Shown here: positions 1 to 10,400 of the stretch, in pieces
Layout of the letters: each line of letters starts with the position of its first letter
Position numbering within the stretch: position 1 is the first letter of the stretch
NCBI GenBank assembly: GCA_020051775.1
Contig: JAGVQJ010000153.1
Coordinates: forward strand, 4,115 to 68,114
DNA: 64,000 bases
Reading direction: 5' to 3'
Source of the DNA: Calditrichota bacterium
Lineage (GTDB): Bacteria > Electryoneota > B3-LCP
The notes under the pieces: generated by a model
The model's database searches: none
Told to the model about the DNA's origin: nothing
What the model saw: the letters and a program-made list of their open reading frames with translations, nothing else
Made by a program: the position numbers and the translations under genes

Positions 1-59
1 TCCGACTCTTGGAAGCTGCGCAACGCCTTGGGGCTGATCTCATTTGGGTCGAAGCTCAC
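1..59 (-). CDS. Phage terminase large subunit, N-terminal fragment (runs off the window)
   Basis: GTG at 59 overlaps the terS stop (GTGA); reads VSFDPNEISPKALRSFQES, like PBSX-type TerL N-termini; follows terS. Confidence 0.55.
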   Translation of the reverse strand, partial: MSFDPNEISPKALRSFQES

Positions 60-589
60 GACGGCTCATCCTCATCGGAAATCTCACGTCGCTGAAGACT
101 TTCAAGGAACTCTGCTATCTGGCCCTTGCTACCCTGGCTCCCCCCTGAATTGCGAGGCATCAGTTTATCAAAATGCGCGCCGAATTTAAACGTTGATATG
201 GGTATGGGCGGTACCCACTTTTTAAAGATCTCAACCCTGGTAATCTGCTCGCCGTTTTTATTCTTGAATATGGTGGTTTTCCGGTCTTCTACGAAATAAC
301 CAACCGCCTGCTTAAATAGGGAAATTCTGTTAGCTGCAACCTGATCCTCTTTTTTGGTTTCGAGCGCTTCCTTTAATTCCGGGTGGACTAAAACATCCTC
401 GTAATATATTTCCCCGTCTTTGTTTTTCTTTTCAACCTGCTTGGTTTTAGCCGCCCATTCGTACAGAGTTTGCTCTCGTTTTAGCCCTAAAAGCGCAGCA
501 CATTCCCGGTTGGTTTTACCCTCCAGCTTCCAGGCCAGGATCTTGGTCGGCATATTCTCACGGTAGAGTGGTTTCCTGCCTCGGCCCAC
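56..589 (-). CDS. Putative phage terminase small subunit (HTH protein)
   Basis: MGRGRKPLY start, HTH-like G.TNRECAALLG...TLYEW, '..KKWVPP' motif; position upstream of TerL-like ORF. Confidence 0.7.
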   Translation of the reverse strand: MGRGRKPLYRENMPTKILAWKLEGKTNRECAALLGLKREQTLYEWAAKTKQVEKKNKDGEIYYEDVLVHPELKEALETKKEDQVAANRISLFKQAVGYFVEDRKTTIFKNKNGEQITRVEIFKKWVPPIPISTFKFGAHFDKLMPRNSGGSQGSKGQIAEFLESLQRREISDEDEPS

Positions 590-590
590 A

Positions 591-1271
591 TCATACTCTC
601 GCTTTAATTAGAGCGCCGGGATCGAATTCGTCCGTCCTCTGCTGATTGGAAACCAGCCGCATCGCATCTATGCTTCCGGCGCGTTTCGGGTACGGCTTGC
701 GTAATGGTTCTATCTGTGCTCGCATAGCATCATCCAATGGATATAAATATCGGTGCTTCCAAGTTGCCTTCGTTTTAACCAACCCTGCGGTCGTTCCCAA
801 GATCGAACCGGCACTGCGTTGGTGCATGATCCGGCCATGATAAATTCGCTTACTCTGTGGATCGGTTCGTCCGGTGTAGATCCAATTACCCGCCTGATAG
901 ATTCCCCCGGCGTGTCCGTGCTCGGGATCCGCAAAAGAAACCACCAAACGTAATCCTGGATTCACCCGCTTGAGCAGCTTCAAGGCGATAACCATGCACT
1001 TACTCGCCGGAGTTTTGTGTTTCGTCATGGCCACCCGGACCAACTCGCAGCCCTGGGTCTGAATTAAACCGTAACGCTCCAGCAGTTTTGGGGAAGCGCC
1101 ACGTCCGAAGATAATCGCACCAATAAACCGATCATCTTCCCATACTCCAATTTTTACCAGCTTGCCACAGGGCATTGCCTTTGAATAGTGCCAGTGCATC
1201 ACGGCGTATCTTGCCGCCTCGAAAGAGCACCAATCGAGTTTGAGCTTCGGATGGTCTGCCACCCCTCGCAA
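591..1271 (-). CDS. Mom-family (GNAT-like) adenine modification protein; likely start GTG 1262
   Basis: WHYSK, GVWEDDRFIGAIIFG, ELVRVA, VVSFADPEHGHAGGIYQAGNWIYTG and KHRYLYPL motifs of Mu Mom homologues. Confidence 0.8.
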   Translation of the reverse strand: MRGVADHPKLKLDWCSFEAARYAVMHWHYSKAMPCGKLVKIGVWEDDRFIGAIIFGRGASPKLLERYGLIQTQGCELVRVAMTKHKTPASKCMVIALKLLKRVNPGLRLVVSFADPEHGHAGGIYQAGNWIYTGRTDPQSKRIYHGRIMHQRSAGSILGTTAGLVKTKATWKHRYLYPLDDAMRAQIEPLRKPYPKRAGSIDAMRLVSNQQRTDEFDPGALIKARV

Positions 1272-1417
1272 CTCCCACCCTTCCGCTTGTGCTCCGTCTT
1301 GGGATAGGCTATATTAGCCATCGTCAGCATCCCAAAGCCGGGAGTGGAAGGATCAACCTTTGGCCGTCTGTCAGGACGGTCGGTTGAGGAGTGGCGACTC
1401 CTTGACCCGCTCTCGGT

Positions 1418-1939
1418 TTAGTGTTTCAAATCTACTTCAAATTCGTGCCCACAATTAGGACAAATGACTTCCGTTTTTTTATCTAACTTCCCTTGCTGGT
1501 CTTCAGTACTTGTATTAAAGTCTGGCGATTTCATCAAATCGTTAATTTCATCTTCACTAAATCCCGTCAACTCCAGATCCCCTAAGTCCATCTCCTGAAG
1601 CGCCTCGAATTCCACCTTCAGTAGTTCAAAATCGAAGTCGCTGTTCAGTGTGAGTTTATTGTGCGCCAGCGCGTAGGCTTTGCGCTGGGCGGGCGTGAGG
1701 TGGTTCAGGCGGATAATGGGAACGGTTTTGAGCTTCAGGAGTTGGGCGGCCAGGTAACGGCCATGCCCTTCGATGATCGTTCCCTGCTCGTCAATGGCGA
1801 TAGGATCGTTAAATCCAAACTCCCGGATTGACCCGGCAATCTGAGCGACCTGGGCCTCCGGGTGCAGCTTCGTATTGTTGGGATAGGGCAGTATCTCCGC
1901 CAGGTGGATTGACTCAATTTTTAGATTAGGATGCTTCAC
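1418..1939 (-). CDS. ParB/Srx N-terminal domain protein with C-terminal CPxCG motif (phage)
   Basis: PYPNNTKLH...IAGSIREFGFNDPIAID...IIEGHGRYLAA...ALAHNKL; ends CPNCGHEF. Confidence 0.85.
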   Translation of the reverse strand: MKHPNLKIESIHLAEILPYPNNTKLHPEAQVAQIAGSIREFGFNDPIAIDEQGTIIEGHGRYLAAQLLKLKTVPIIRLNHLTPAQRKAYALAHNKLTLNSDFDFELLKVEFEALQEMDLGDLELTGFSEDEINDLMKSPDFNTSTEDQQGKLDKKTEVICPNCGHEFEVDLKH

Positions 1940-2108
1940 TCAATCTCTCCCGATCTTGATATGCCGCTTCGATCTGCCGTTCCCGTTTTTCCTGTCTGAG
2001 CCTAAAAGCAAAATCCAACAGACGTTGACGGCTGGATTCCGACAGCATTTCCTCCAACCGGTGACCGTCGCGCTCATGTTCGATATGATCTGCCATCAGG
2101 CACTCCAC
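1926..2108 (-). CDS. Small hypothetical phage protein
   Basis: 60-aa ORF overlapping the ParB-N start; GGAG near its 5' end. Confidence 0.5.
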   Translation of the reverse strand: MECLMADHIEHERDGHRLEEMLSESSRQRLLDFAFRLRQEKRERQIEAAYQDRERLSEAS

Positions 2109-2110
2109 TT

Positions 2111-2159
2111 AAAAAAACAGACAGGCCGCCCAATGGGTGGGAAGTCCACTGGACGGCCT
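2111..2159 (-). terminator. Intrinsic terminator in the leader of the prophage operon
   Basis: AGGCCGTCCAGTGG/CCATTGGGCGGCCT 14-bp stem (2 GU) followed by GTCTGTTTTTTT on minus strand. Confidence 0.75.
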
Positions 2160-2215
2160 ATTGTTACGCATCACTCTTCGCACTCCGGGATTGTGCAAGC
2201 AAACACTACGGCGTT

Positions 2216-2245
2216 AATATAGCCGAATCATTATGCGTCTGTCAA
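2216..2245 (-). promoter_or_regulatory. Sigma70-type promoter for the prophage operon
   Basis: TTGACA-N18-TATATT on minus strand. Confidence 0.6.
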
Positions 2246-2344
2246 GATAATTTTCACTTTTGTACTCTCGACTCAGAATGACAGTTATTTGGCACCCTCC
2301 CCTGTGGACGGTTTCTGATTGTAATCAAGACTATCTGGGACATA

Positions 2345-2376
2345 AATAGAAACGGCCAGGCTTTCAACCTGACCGC
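2345..2376 (-). terminator. Terminator downstream of tRNA-Leu
   Basis: GCGGTCAGG/CCTGGCCGT hairpin followed by TTCTATTT. Confidence 0.55.
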
Positions 2377-2407
2377 TTAACTAATCCTAAGTGATTGTAT
2401 TTTAATG

Positions 2408-2493
2408 TGCCGGGGGCGGGAATCGAACCCGCATGAGCGCTAAGGCCCGGGGGATTTTGAGTCCCCTGCGTCTACCAGTTTCACCACCCCGGC
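2408..2493 (-). tRNA. tRNA-Leu (CAA)
   Basis: GCCGGGGTGGTGAAACTGGTAGACGCAGGGGACT-CAA-AATCCCCC...GGTTCGATTCCCGCCCCCGGCA; long variable arm; CCA not encoded. Confidence 0.97.
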
Positions 2494-2514
2494 GACAGAA
2501 TCATTAAAGAGCAT

Positions 2515-2543
2515 AATATAATATGAAAGCCGGGCAATGTCAA
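2515..2543 (-). promoter_or_regulatory. Promoter of tRNA-Leu
   Basis: TTGACA-N17-TATATT. Confidence 0.75.
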
Positions 2544-2664
2544 GTCAAATCTAAACCACAGCCTATGAAGCTTCGGGGGTCGGTAGCCGAGGGAATATCG
2601 CCGGGAAAACGCAGATCTGGCGGATAAGATCAAGACACTTTTCCACCGAGCCAAAAAGAAATCC

Positions 2665-2693
2665 TTGACAAGGGGGTTAATTTTAACTATATT
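2665..2693 (+). promoter_or_regulatory. Promoter of the SBBP-repeat gene
   Basis: TTGACA-N17-TATATT 38 bp before ATG. Confidence 0.75.
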
Positions 2694-2731
2694 GTTATAC
2701 TGCGTTTCCATGCTGAAGGAGAATCATAAAT

Positions 2732-4780
2732 ATGCCTGTCGTGCGATGGATTGCGTATTACTTTTTCCCTGTCATCCTTTTCGTAAGTTACGGTATAACA
2801 GTCCACGCTCAGGTCTGGCAGCAATGGATGCGAGAATACAACGGCCAGGCCGATCAAATGGACGACGCAACGGCTGTTGTGGCCGGCAACGATGGCTGTA
2901 TTTATGTTACAGGCTGGTATTATGACGCACAAACGCTGCTGGATTGGGCGACCTTCAAGTACAATGCCACCGGCCAGGAACTCTGGATGGCCCGATATCA
3001 AGGTATTTCCTGGGATAAAGCTCTCGCCTTATCGGTTGATGGTTCCGGTTCAGTAGTGGTAACCGGTTATACCTGTCCTGTCTCCTTCAATTCCGATTTC
3101 ACTACGATTAAATACAATGCCAATGGAGTCCAGCAATGGGTGACAACCTACAATGGGACAGGCAATTCCATAGACGAAGCCATTGATAATACGATTGACG
3201 TTCAGGGAAACGTATATATAACCGGTCGCAGCACGGGTTTGGGAACTAACCAGGACGCCGTCACTATTAAATACGATGCCCTTGGCAATCAGCTTTGGAT
3301 TGCGGTTTACGATGGCCCTACTAGTGGTGAAGATGAGACTTATTCCGTCGCGGTGGACGAAAGCGGAAATGTTTATGTGGTTGGACGCAGCCAGGGAGTC
3401 GGGACTGATCTCGATTACCTCACTATCAAATACAACCATGAAGGTGTGGAACAATGGGTTCGGAGATACAATGGGCCGGCAAATGGTTACGACGTTGCTC
3501 GTGCGCTGGATTTAGATCCGAACGGGGAAGTTCTGGTTACCGGCTGGAGTGCCGGGGTTGGTAGCGGCGACGATTTCGCCACGCTGAAATACACGCCTGA
3601 TGGTCAGCTTGCCTGGGAGACTCGATACAACGGTCCGGGAGAAGGGGATGACCAAACTCGCGCTATTGTTGTAGATTCGCAGGGTAACAGTTATGTGACT
3701 GGATACTGTGATAGTGCACCCGGTCCAGATACTAATATGAACTTTGCTACGGCCAAATACAGTCCAACAGGCAATGAATTATGGGTGGCCTACTACAACG
3801 GACCCCACCATGGACCGGATCGCGGTCGCGCGTTGGCGCTGGATGAACAGGGAAACGTTTTTGTATCAGGATCCAGTACCGGCCTCAATTCTGGATTGGA
3901 TTTTACCACGTTAAAATATAGCCCCGACGGCGCTCAGCTATGGGAAATTCGACATAGTGACCCTGAGAATTTAAATGACGAGGTGGAAGCCATTGCATTG
4001 GATTTGAGCGGTCAAGTTTATGTCATCGGGACTACTGCGTATGGCACTGATCAGGCTGATTTCGCCACCTTGAAATATGCGCCCATCCCCCCCTCAGCAA
4101 CCGTCATTGGACTTTCACCCGCAAATCCTCCTATTATCATCCCCGCATCCGGTGGTAGTTTCGATTACACTTCCACCATCAGCAACAGTGCCTCGGCAAC
4201 TTCCAGCGTAACCGCCTGGATTATGGCGCGAACGCCTAACCAACTCTGGTATGGCCCGGTTGCCGGGCCGATTTCTCTGGTGCTACCCGGAGGAACCACG
4301 CTGACGCGAGTGCGCGCCCAAACAATCCCAGCCAACGCCTCGGCGGGAATCTACACTTACGAAGGTCGAATCGGAGGTTATCCCGACAGCTTGATCTCTT
4401 TTGATAGTTTCAATTTCACAAAAGTCGGGATCAATGAATCGAATTCGGGGATAGAGGAATGGCTGACCCCCAATGAACCGTTTCAGATTTCAGAGTCGAG
4501 TCTTTATTTAAAACCAACGGATCTCAACCTGTTGGGGGTAACACCTAATCCGTTTAATTCCTCTGCTACCATAAGCTATCAACTGGCAGCCGAGGGTCGG
4601 GTTAATCTGCAAATTTTCGATATTGGCGGACGGTCGGTGGAAATTGTGGTGAACGAATGGCAACCGGCAGGCAAGCATGTGGCCGTTTGGAATGGATCGA
4701 GCTTTCCATCCGGGATTTATTTATTCTCACTCACGGCCGCAGGGTCTCAAATCACCGGAAAAATGGCGCTGGTGAAGTAA
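2732..4780 (+). CDS. SBBP-repeat beta-propeller protein with T9SS-type C-terminal sorting domain
   Basis: Signal peptide; repeats of 'D.xGNVYVTG...D..TxKY...G...W..xYNG'; C-terminal PNPFNSSAT...SGIYLF...KMALVK. Confidence 0.9.
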   Translation: MPVVRWIAYYFFPVILFVSYGITVHAQVWQQWMREYNGQADQMDDATAVVAGNDGCIYVTGWYYDAQTLLDWATFKYNATGQELWMARYQGISWDKALALSVDGSGSVVVTGYTCPVSFNSDFTTIKYNANGVQQWVTTYNGTGNSIDEAIDNTIDVQGNVYITGRSTGLGTNQDAVTIKYDALGNQLWIAVYDGPTSGEDETYSVAVDESGNVYVVGRSQGVGTDLDYLTIKYNHEGVEQWVRRYNGPANGYDVARALDLDPNGEVLVTGWSAGVGSGDDFATLKYTPDGQLAWETRYNGPGEGDDQTRAIVVDSQGNSYVTGYCDSAPGPDTNMNFATAKYSPTGNELWVAYYNGPHHGPDRGRALALDEQGNVFVSGSSTGLNSGLDFTTLKYSPDGAQLWEIRHSDPENLNDEVEAIALDLSGQVYVIGTTAYGTDQADFATLKYAPIPPSATVIGLSPANPPIIIPASGGSFDYTSTISNSASATSSVTAWIMARTPNQLWYGPVAGPISLVLPGGTTLTRVRAQTIPANASAGIYTYEGRIGGYPDSLISFDSFNFTKVGINESNSGIEEWLTPNEPFQISESSLYLKPTDLNLLGVTPNPFNSSATISYQLAAEGRVNLQIFDIGGRSVEIVVNEWQPAGKHVAVWNGSSFPSGIYLFSLTAAGSQITGKMALVK

Positions 4781-4883
4781 CCTCGTTTTCGGAAGGCGGA
4801 AAATGTTTTTCCTTGTTTTTACGAGAAAAAGTAGTTATATTAGTATAGATAAATGATACGCCCGATAGACCCAAGGAGGAATA

Positions 4884-7352
4884 ATGCGTTTGCGAGCTAC
4901 CCTGATCAGTTTTTCCCTGGTTTTGTTCGCTGTGAGCCTGGCTCAAGCGACTGGATATGTCTGGGCCGGACCAGGCGACATGCCCGATGAGCAGAAATTG
5001 TTGCTTTTTCAACAAAGTGAACATCGCGGCCAGTTCATCAACAATGCGCTGGATGAGACGGACGACAGCACCGGTTACGACGTCACTCACCAGAATCTCG
5101 AAATCAAGTTTGATCCTACCAATCATTCCATCGTCGGCAAGGTGGACATGCAGTTCACTGTCATCGCCGGACCCTTGTCTTTTATCTACCTGAACTTACG
5201 CAACAATTTGATCGTAGATAGCGTCAGGGTCAATGGACTACCGGTGACTTTCACATTCATGGCGTTAAATGACCTGAGATTGAATTTGACCCAGCCGCTG
5301 GCGCAAGGAGCCAACGCGACTTCGATTATTTACTACCACGGTTTCCCGGTCTCCGGATCCTGGCCAAATGCTCCTGGCCTGAACTGGAACACGCATTTGG
5401 GCACACATATCATCTGGTCGTTATCCGAACCGGATGGCGCGCGCATGTGGTGGCCCTGTAAAGATGTTCCCTGGGACAAGTTCACCGCTCGCATGGTGTG
5501 GACCGTCCCTAGTAATCTTCTCGCCACATCAAACGGCACTCTGCAGAGTGTAACCGTGCCGCAAACGGGCTGGAAGGCTTACGAATGGGTGGAAAATCAC
5601 CTGATTAATACCTACCTAATCTCGGTCGCCGCTACCAATTACGCCAAGATTCGCAATTGGTACGTCCCCACTCCCGCCGATTCCATGCCGCTGGATCATT
5701 ATGTGTATCCGGAAGACTCGGTTGACGCGGTATCTGACTTCGCGGATATTGGAGACGTGATTGGATTCTTCGCCTCGATGTTCGGAGAATACAGCTTCCT
5801 GGATGAAAAATACGGCCATTCGGCGTTCCCCTGGAGCGGCGGGATGGAACACCAGACCAATACCTCCGTGGGTGCAAGTCTGATCACCGGCACGGGAAGC
5901 TATCACTGGCTTTTCGTTCACGAGCTCGCCCATGAATGGTGGGGCGATATGCTCACCTGCGAGACTTGGTCTGATATCTGGTTAAACGAAGGTTCGGCTA
6001 CTTACTGCGATGCGTTGTGGATGCAACATGCCCAGGGACAAACTGCATTCAACAACCGGATGTCCAGTTTCCGGTCAAGCTACATCAGCAGTGAACCTTC
6101 GGAAGGCCGCTTCCCCATTGCCTATCCCACTAATCCCAATCAGATGTGGGGCGGCACGGTTTACCAGAAAGGGGCCTGGATCGAACACATGTTGCGTTAT
6201 GTCGTTGGCGAACCGAACTTCTTGAATTTCTGGCCGACCTATCGGGATGCCTACTGTCCCGGCAATGTGCCCGGTACCGCCACTACGGCTGAGTTTGAAA
6301 CTATATGGGAACAAGTCTCGGGACAGAACCTGGACTGGTTCTTCAACGAATGGGTTTATGTCGGCACGCATTATCCGGAATACCAGTGGGGATATCAGCT
6401 TGTCCCGCAGACCGGCAGCACTCGCGTGAACTTGTACATACACCAGAACCAGACTCTGGTTAGCGGAACACCCATCTTCGCGATGCCTATCCAGATCAAA
6501 GTGAACCGCACCGGACTACCGCAGGATTCCGTCGTCATCTGGAACAGCCAGCAAAATCAATATCATAGCTTCGTGGTAAACGGAACCGTAACCGGCGCTC
6601 CGTTGTTCGATCCCAATGTCTGGATTCTGAAGAGCACTTCAACTCTAACCTACCCAACGGCCACGGTGACTGTTCTCATGAGCCCGGTGTCTTCACCCAT
6701 CGTGATTCCGGCGAGCGGTGGCAGTTTCTCTTACAATGTCACCGTCACCAACAACACCTCCGGCACTCAATCCACCCAAGGGTGGGTCATGCAACGCCAG
6801 CCGAACGGCGTTTGGCAAGGACCCATGCTGGGACCGGTCAGCTTAGCCATTCCAGGCAACACCTCGATTTCACGGCTGCGCAACCAGAATGTACCCTCCA
6901 CAGCCGCGCCGGGAAATTACCTCTATGAAGGTCGGGTGGGCACATACCCCAATGTGATCGTCGCTACATCGAGTTTCAATTACACCAAAACTACGGTTGG
7001 CGGAGGTACGATCGTGCGCGAGTGGGCTAACAGCGGCGAAAGCTTCGATCCCTGGTTGGATCCTCAGAGTGTCATAGCACCGCTGGAATTTGCCTTACAA
7101 GGCGCCTTCCCCAATCCCTTCAACCCGACCACAACGATCCGCTTTGCGTTGCCGGAAGCGTCCCGAGTGGCGTTGACCGTCTACGACATCAACGGCCGCC
7201 AGGTTTGGGCGATGAACCCAACGTCTGCAAATCTGGGCTCGGGTTCGCATGAGATCACCTTCGACGGATCCAGTTTGGCGTCCGGGGTGTATCTGTACTC
7301 TTTATCCGCCGGTTCACATCACGCCACCGGCAAAATGGTACTGCTTAAGTAA
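4884..7352 (+). CDS. M1 family aminopeptidase with C-terminal sorting domain
   Basis: GGMEH, HELAHEWWG and NEG zinc-binding motifs; signal peptide; PNPFNPTT CTD. Confidence 0.93.
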   Translation: MRLRATLISFSLVLFAVSLAQATGYVWAGPGDMPDEQKLLLFQQSEHRGQFINNALDETDDSTGYDVTHQNLEIKFDPTNHSIVGKVDMQFTVIAGPLSFIYLNLRNNLIVDSVRVNGLPVTFTFMALNDLRLNLTQPLAQGANATSIIYYHGFPVSGSWPNAPGLNWNTHLGTHIIWSLSEPDGARMWWPCKDVPWDKFTARMVWTVPSNLLATSNGTLQSVTVPQTGWKAYEWVENHLINTYLISVAATNYAKIRNWYVPTPADSMPLDHYVYPEDSVDAVSDFADIGDVIGFFASMFGEYSFLDEKYGHSAFPWSGGMEHQTNTSVGASLITGTGSYHWLFVHELAHEWWGDMLTCETWSDIWLNEGSATYCDALWMQHAQGQTAFNNRMSSFRSSYISSEPSEGRFPIAYPTNPNQMWGGTVYQKGAWIEHMLRYVVGEPNFLNFWPTYRDAYCPGNVPGTATTAEFETIWEQVSGQNLDWFFNEWVYVGTHYPEYQWGYQLVPQTGSTRVNLYIHQNQTLVSGTPIFAMPIQIKVNRTGLPQDSVVIWNSQQNQYHSFVVNGTVTGAPLFDPNVWILKSTSTLTYPTATVTVLMSPVSSPIVIPASGGSFSYNVTVTNNTSGTQSTQGWVMQRQPNGVWQGPMLGPVSLAIPGNTSISRLRNQNVPSTAAPGNYLYEGRVGTYPNVIVATSSFNYTKTTVGGGTIVREWANSGESFDPWLDPQSVIAPLEFALQGAFPNPFNPTTTIRFALPEASRVALTVYDINGRQVWAMNPTSANLGSGSHEITFDGSSLASGVYLYSLSAGSHHATGKMVLLK

Positions 7353-7383
7353 TCACCAACACAAAATAATCACAACCATACGA

Positions 7384-7416
7384 CCGCAGGGACGGCGATG
7401 AAACCCGTCCCTGCGG
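7384..7416 (+). terminator. GC-rich intergenic hairpin (terminator or stabiliser)
   Basis: CCGCAGGGACGG/CCGTCCCTGCGG stem; weak U tract. Confidence 0.5.
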
Positions 7417-7448
7417 ATCACTTTCAATATGATTGCGGAGGATAGGTC

Positions 7449-10400
7449 ATGCATTCCGTCCGGTACGTCGCTTTAATCGCTCTTCTGGTACTTTTACAGT
7501 CGGTCCTGTTTGCGGCTGATTCGTATATTCAAACTCCAACCGGTGAGATCAAAGGCCGCCTGGTAGTGGAATTGGACGAAAGCTTGGGATCAATTCAGAC
7601 TGATACTCAGTCAGGGGTGGCACAAATCGGTTTTCCAGCACTCGATGCCTTGGCACGCCAATACCGTGTGTACTCCTTCAGTCGCGCTTTCCCAGGAGTC
7701 CCCAAACCGGAAGGGGGAGAATTCCTGGATATGACAAGGTACTATCTGCTGGAATTTCCTGTAGGAGTGAATCTGAATGCCATCGCTCACGATTATTCTG
7801 TGCAACCGGGAATTCTTTCGACTCATTTTGACCGGATGATTGCTCTGGACTATATCCCCAACGATCCTTCCTGGGGGTCGCAGTGGGCTTTGACTACGGT
7901 GCAAGCGCCAGTGGCATTTGATTATTGCCAGGGCAGCACGACTGTAAAAGTCGGCATCGTGGATTCCGGCATTGATACCACTCACAGCGACCTGAAAAAC
8001 AACCTTTGGGTCAATCCCGGAGAGGACTTAAACCACAACGGCATCATCGAATTGATCGAATGGAATGGTATGGATGATGACGGAAATGGCTATCCCGACG
8101 ATTTCTACGGCTGGAACTTCTACGGTAGTAACAATGACGTCCAGGATCTACCCACTTCACAGAATGGCGGGCATGGCACTCACTGTGCAGGTGACGCATC
8201 CGCTGTAACAAATAATGGCGTAGGCATCGCCAGTTTGGGCTATAAAGCCAAAATCATCACGGCGCGAGCTGGTTTGGGACTGACAGTCAGCGTCATCGCC
8301 GCCGCCAACGGCATGAATTACTGTACCATGCAGGGCGCCAAAGCGATCAACCTTTCCTTCGGCAGCAGCTCGACAGATCCTTTCTTGCCCGGCTCTATTT
8401 CCTACGCCTGGAGCCAGGGAGTAGCCGTTTTCGCTTCGGCAGGTAATTCCAACTCTTCTGCCGTGCACTACCCAGCGGCTTACGATTACACTGTGGCGGT
8501 AGCTTCTACGAATGCCAGCGATCAGAAATCCTGGTTCTCGAATTATGGCACCTGGGTGGATCTATGCGCCCCCGGTGATGGCATCCTTAGTACCGTGCCA
8601 CCCAACACCTACGTGGCCTGGGACGGAACTTCATTCTCCACGCCTATCACCGTCGGCTTGGCCGCTCTGGTCTGGGCCGCGAAACCGTCCTGGACCAATC
8701 AGCAGGTCATCACGCACATTCAGAACACCTGCACGAATATAAATGCCCAGAATCCGAGCTACATCGGCATGTTGGGAACGGGGCGCATCAACGCCGGTAA
8801 TGCCATCGGTTCGCTTTACCCCAATTTATCCTATGTCGAACAGCTATTCAACGATAGCTTGGGTGGCAACAACAATCATCGGCCCGATCCCGGTGAAAGC
8901 GTGCAGTTGTGGTTGACCCTTCGCAACACCTCCTCCACTATCCCCGCGACGGGCGTGCAGGTGTCGGTCACCTGTTCCGACACGACCATCACTTTGACGC
9001 AGACCAGCTCCGTTTTTGGCACGATCAATCCCGGTCAAATGGTCAACAATCACGCCAGCCCCATCGCTTTTACGGTGAGTCAGACGGCTCAAGCCCACAA
9101 CGCCACCTTTGTGCTCACTTTGACGGAAACCGGAATGGGGGTCACTCAGGTCACCAACCTGGTGCAACAAATCGGTCAACCGTTGCTGTTGCTGGTGGAC
9201 GATGCCGGAGCCAATTTATTCGGGCCTTACTATACCCAGACGCTGGATAGCCTGGGAATGGGTTACCAATACTGGAGCGTTAATTCGCAGGGCGTCCCGG
9301 ATACAGCTTACGCCAATGACTTCCCCATGATGATCTGGTTTACCGGCATGGTTTCCAGCAGTGTAATTTCGACAACGGAACAGACACTGATTCAGACGTA
9401 CTTGAACAACGGCGGTAAGCTGTTCATCAATGGACAGAACATCGCCCAATCCCTGAATACCGCTTCGCCGACTTTTTTGCACAACACGTTGCATGCTAAT
9501 TTCGGCACAGCCAACACCATGGTTCAGGTATTGAACGGTGTCGCCGGCAATCCCATCGGCAACGGCCTCAATCTGGACTGTTCCCTGGGGGGCAGCGGAT
9601 CGGGATCGAACATCAATCCGGATGGCATCAGCGTGATCGCACCCGCCGGTGAAGCATTCATCTATCAAAGTTCGGCTTATCGCGGAGGCTTAACGTATAC
9701 GGGCACAAGCAACGAAATGCTGGTCTTTTTCTCCTTCGCCTACGAAGCCATCAGCGGCCAAAACAGCACGGCCGATCGCTACCAGGTGATGTCAACCATT
9801 CTGTCATGGTTTGGAGCCGCGCCGCCTCCGCCGCCACCCGCTCTGGACGTGACACTCACACCAGTCAATCCGCCCATTACCATCCCAGCTAATGGCGGCA
9901 GCTTTCAATTCAACGCTGCGGTGCTGCGGACTACAGGCCCGCAAGCCCCCTTCTATGGTTGGGCGCGCATGAAGTATCCCAACGGCACCTACAGCAATCC
10001 CACTCTGGGGCCGGTGCAGATCAATCCGCCAGTGGGCGTGACCATTACTCGTTTGCGCATTCAAAACATCGCCTCCACCCATCCATCTGGGATAACGACC
10101 TACCTCGGTTATGCCAACACTACCTTCACCTACCCGGCTATGGACAGCAGCTTTTTCACCTTTACCAAGCTGGCAATCGCAGACAACGGCCCCTGGGTGA
10201 ATAACAGCACTTGCTCCGGCGAACCGTTCCCGGGCGAAATCATGACTTCAACGCCGGAGGCGTTTTCCTTAGTAAGCATCAATCCAAATCCGTTCAATCC
10301 GGCCACGAGCATCAGATATCAGCTTTCGCCTTCAAGCCGCGTCAGCTTGAAAGTGTATGATATGGCAGGACGATTGGTTGCAGAGCTGGTAAATGGGACG

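Larger units (their letters stand above)
1..2407 (-). mobile_element. Prophage (or remnant) edge integrated at the tRNA-Leu 3' end
   Basis: Terminase/Mom/ParB-N gene set directly downstream of a tRNA; integrase not in window. Confidence 0.7.

Noticed and set aside
1295-1335. CTGACGA (minus strand) as a hammerhead ribozyme core
   Set aside because: No GAAA follows the putative stem II, so the core is incomplete
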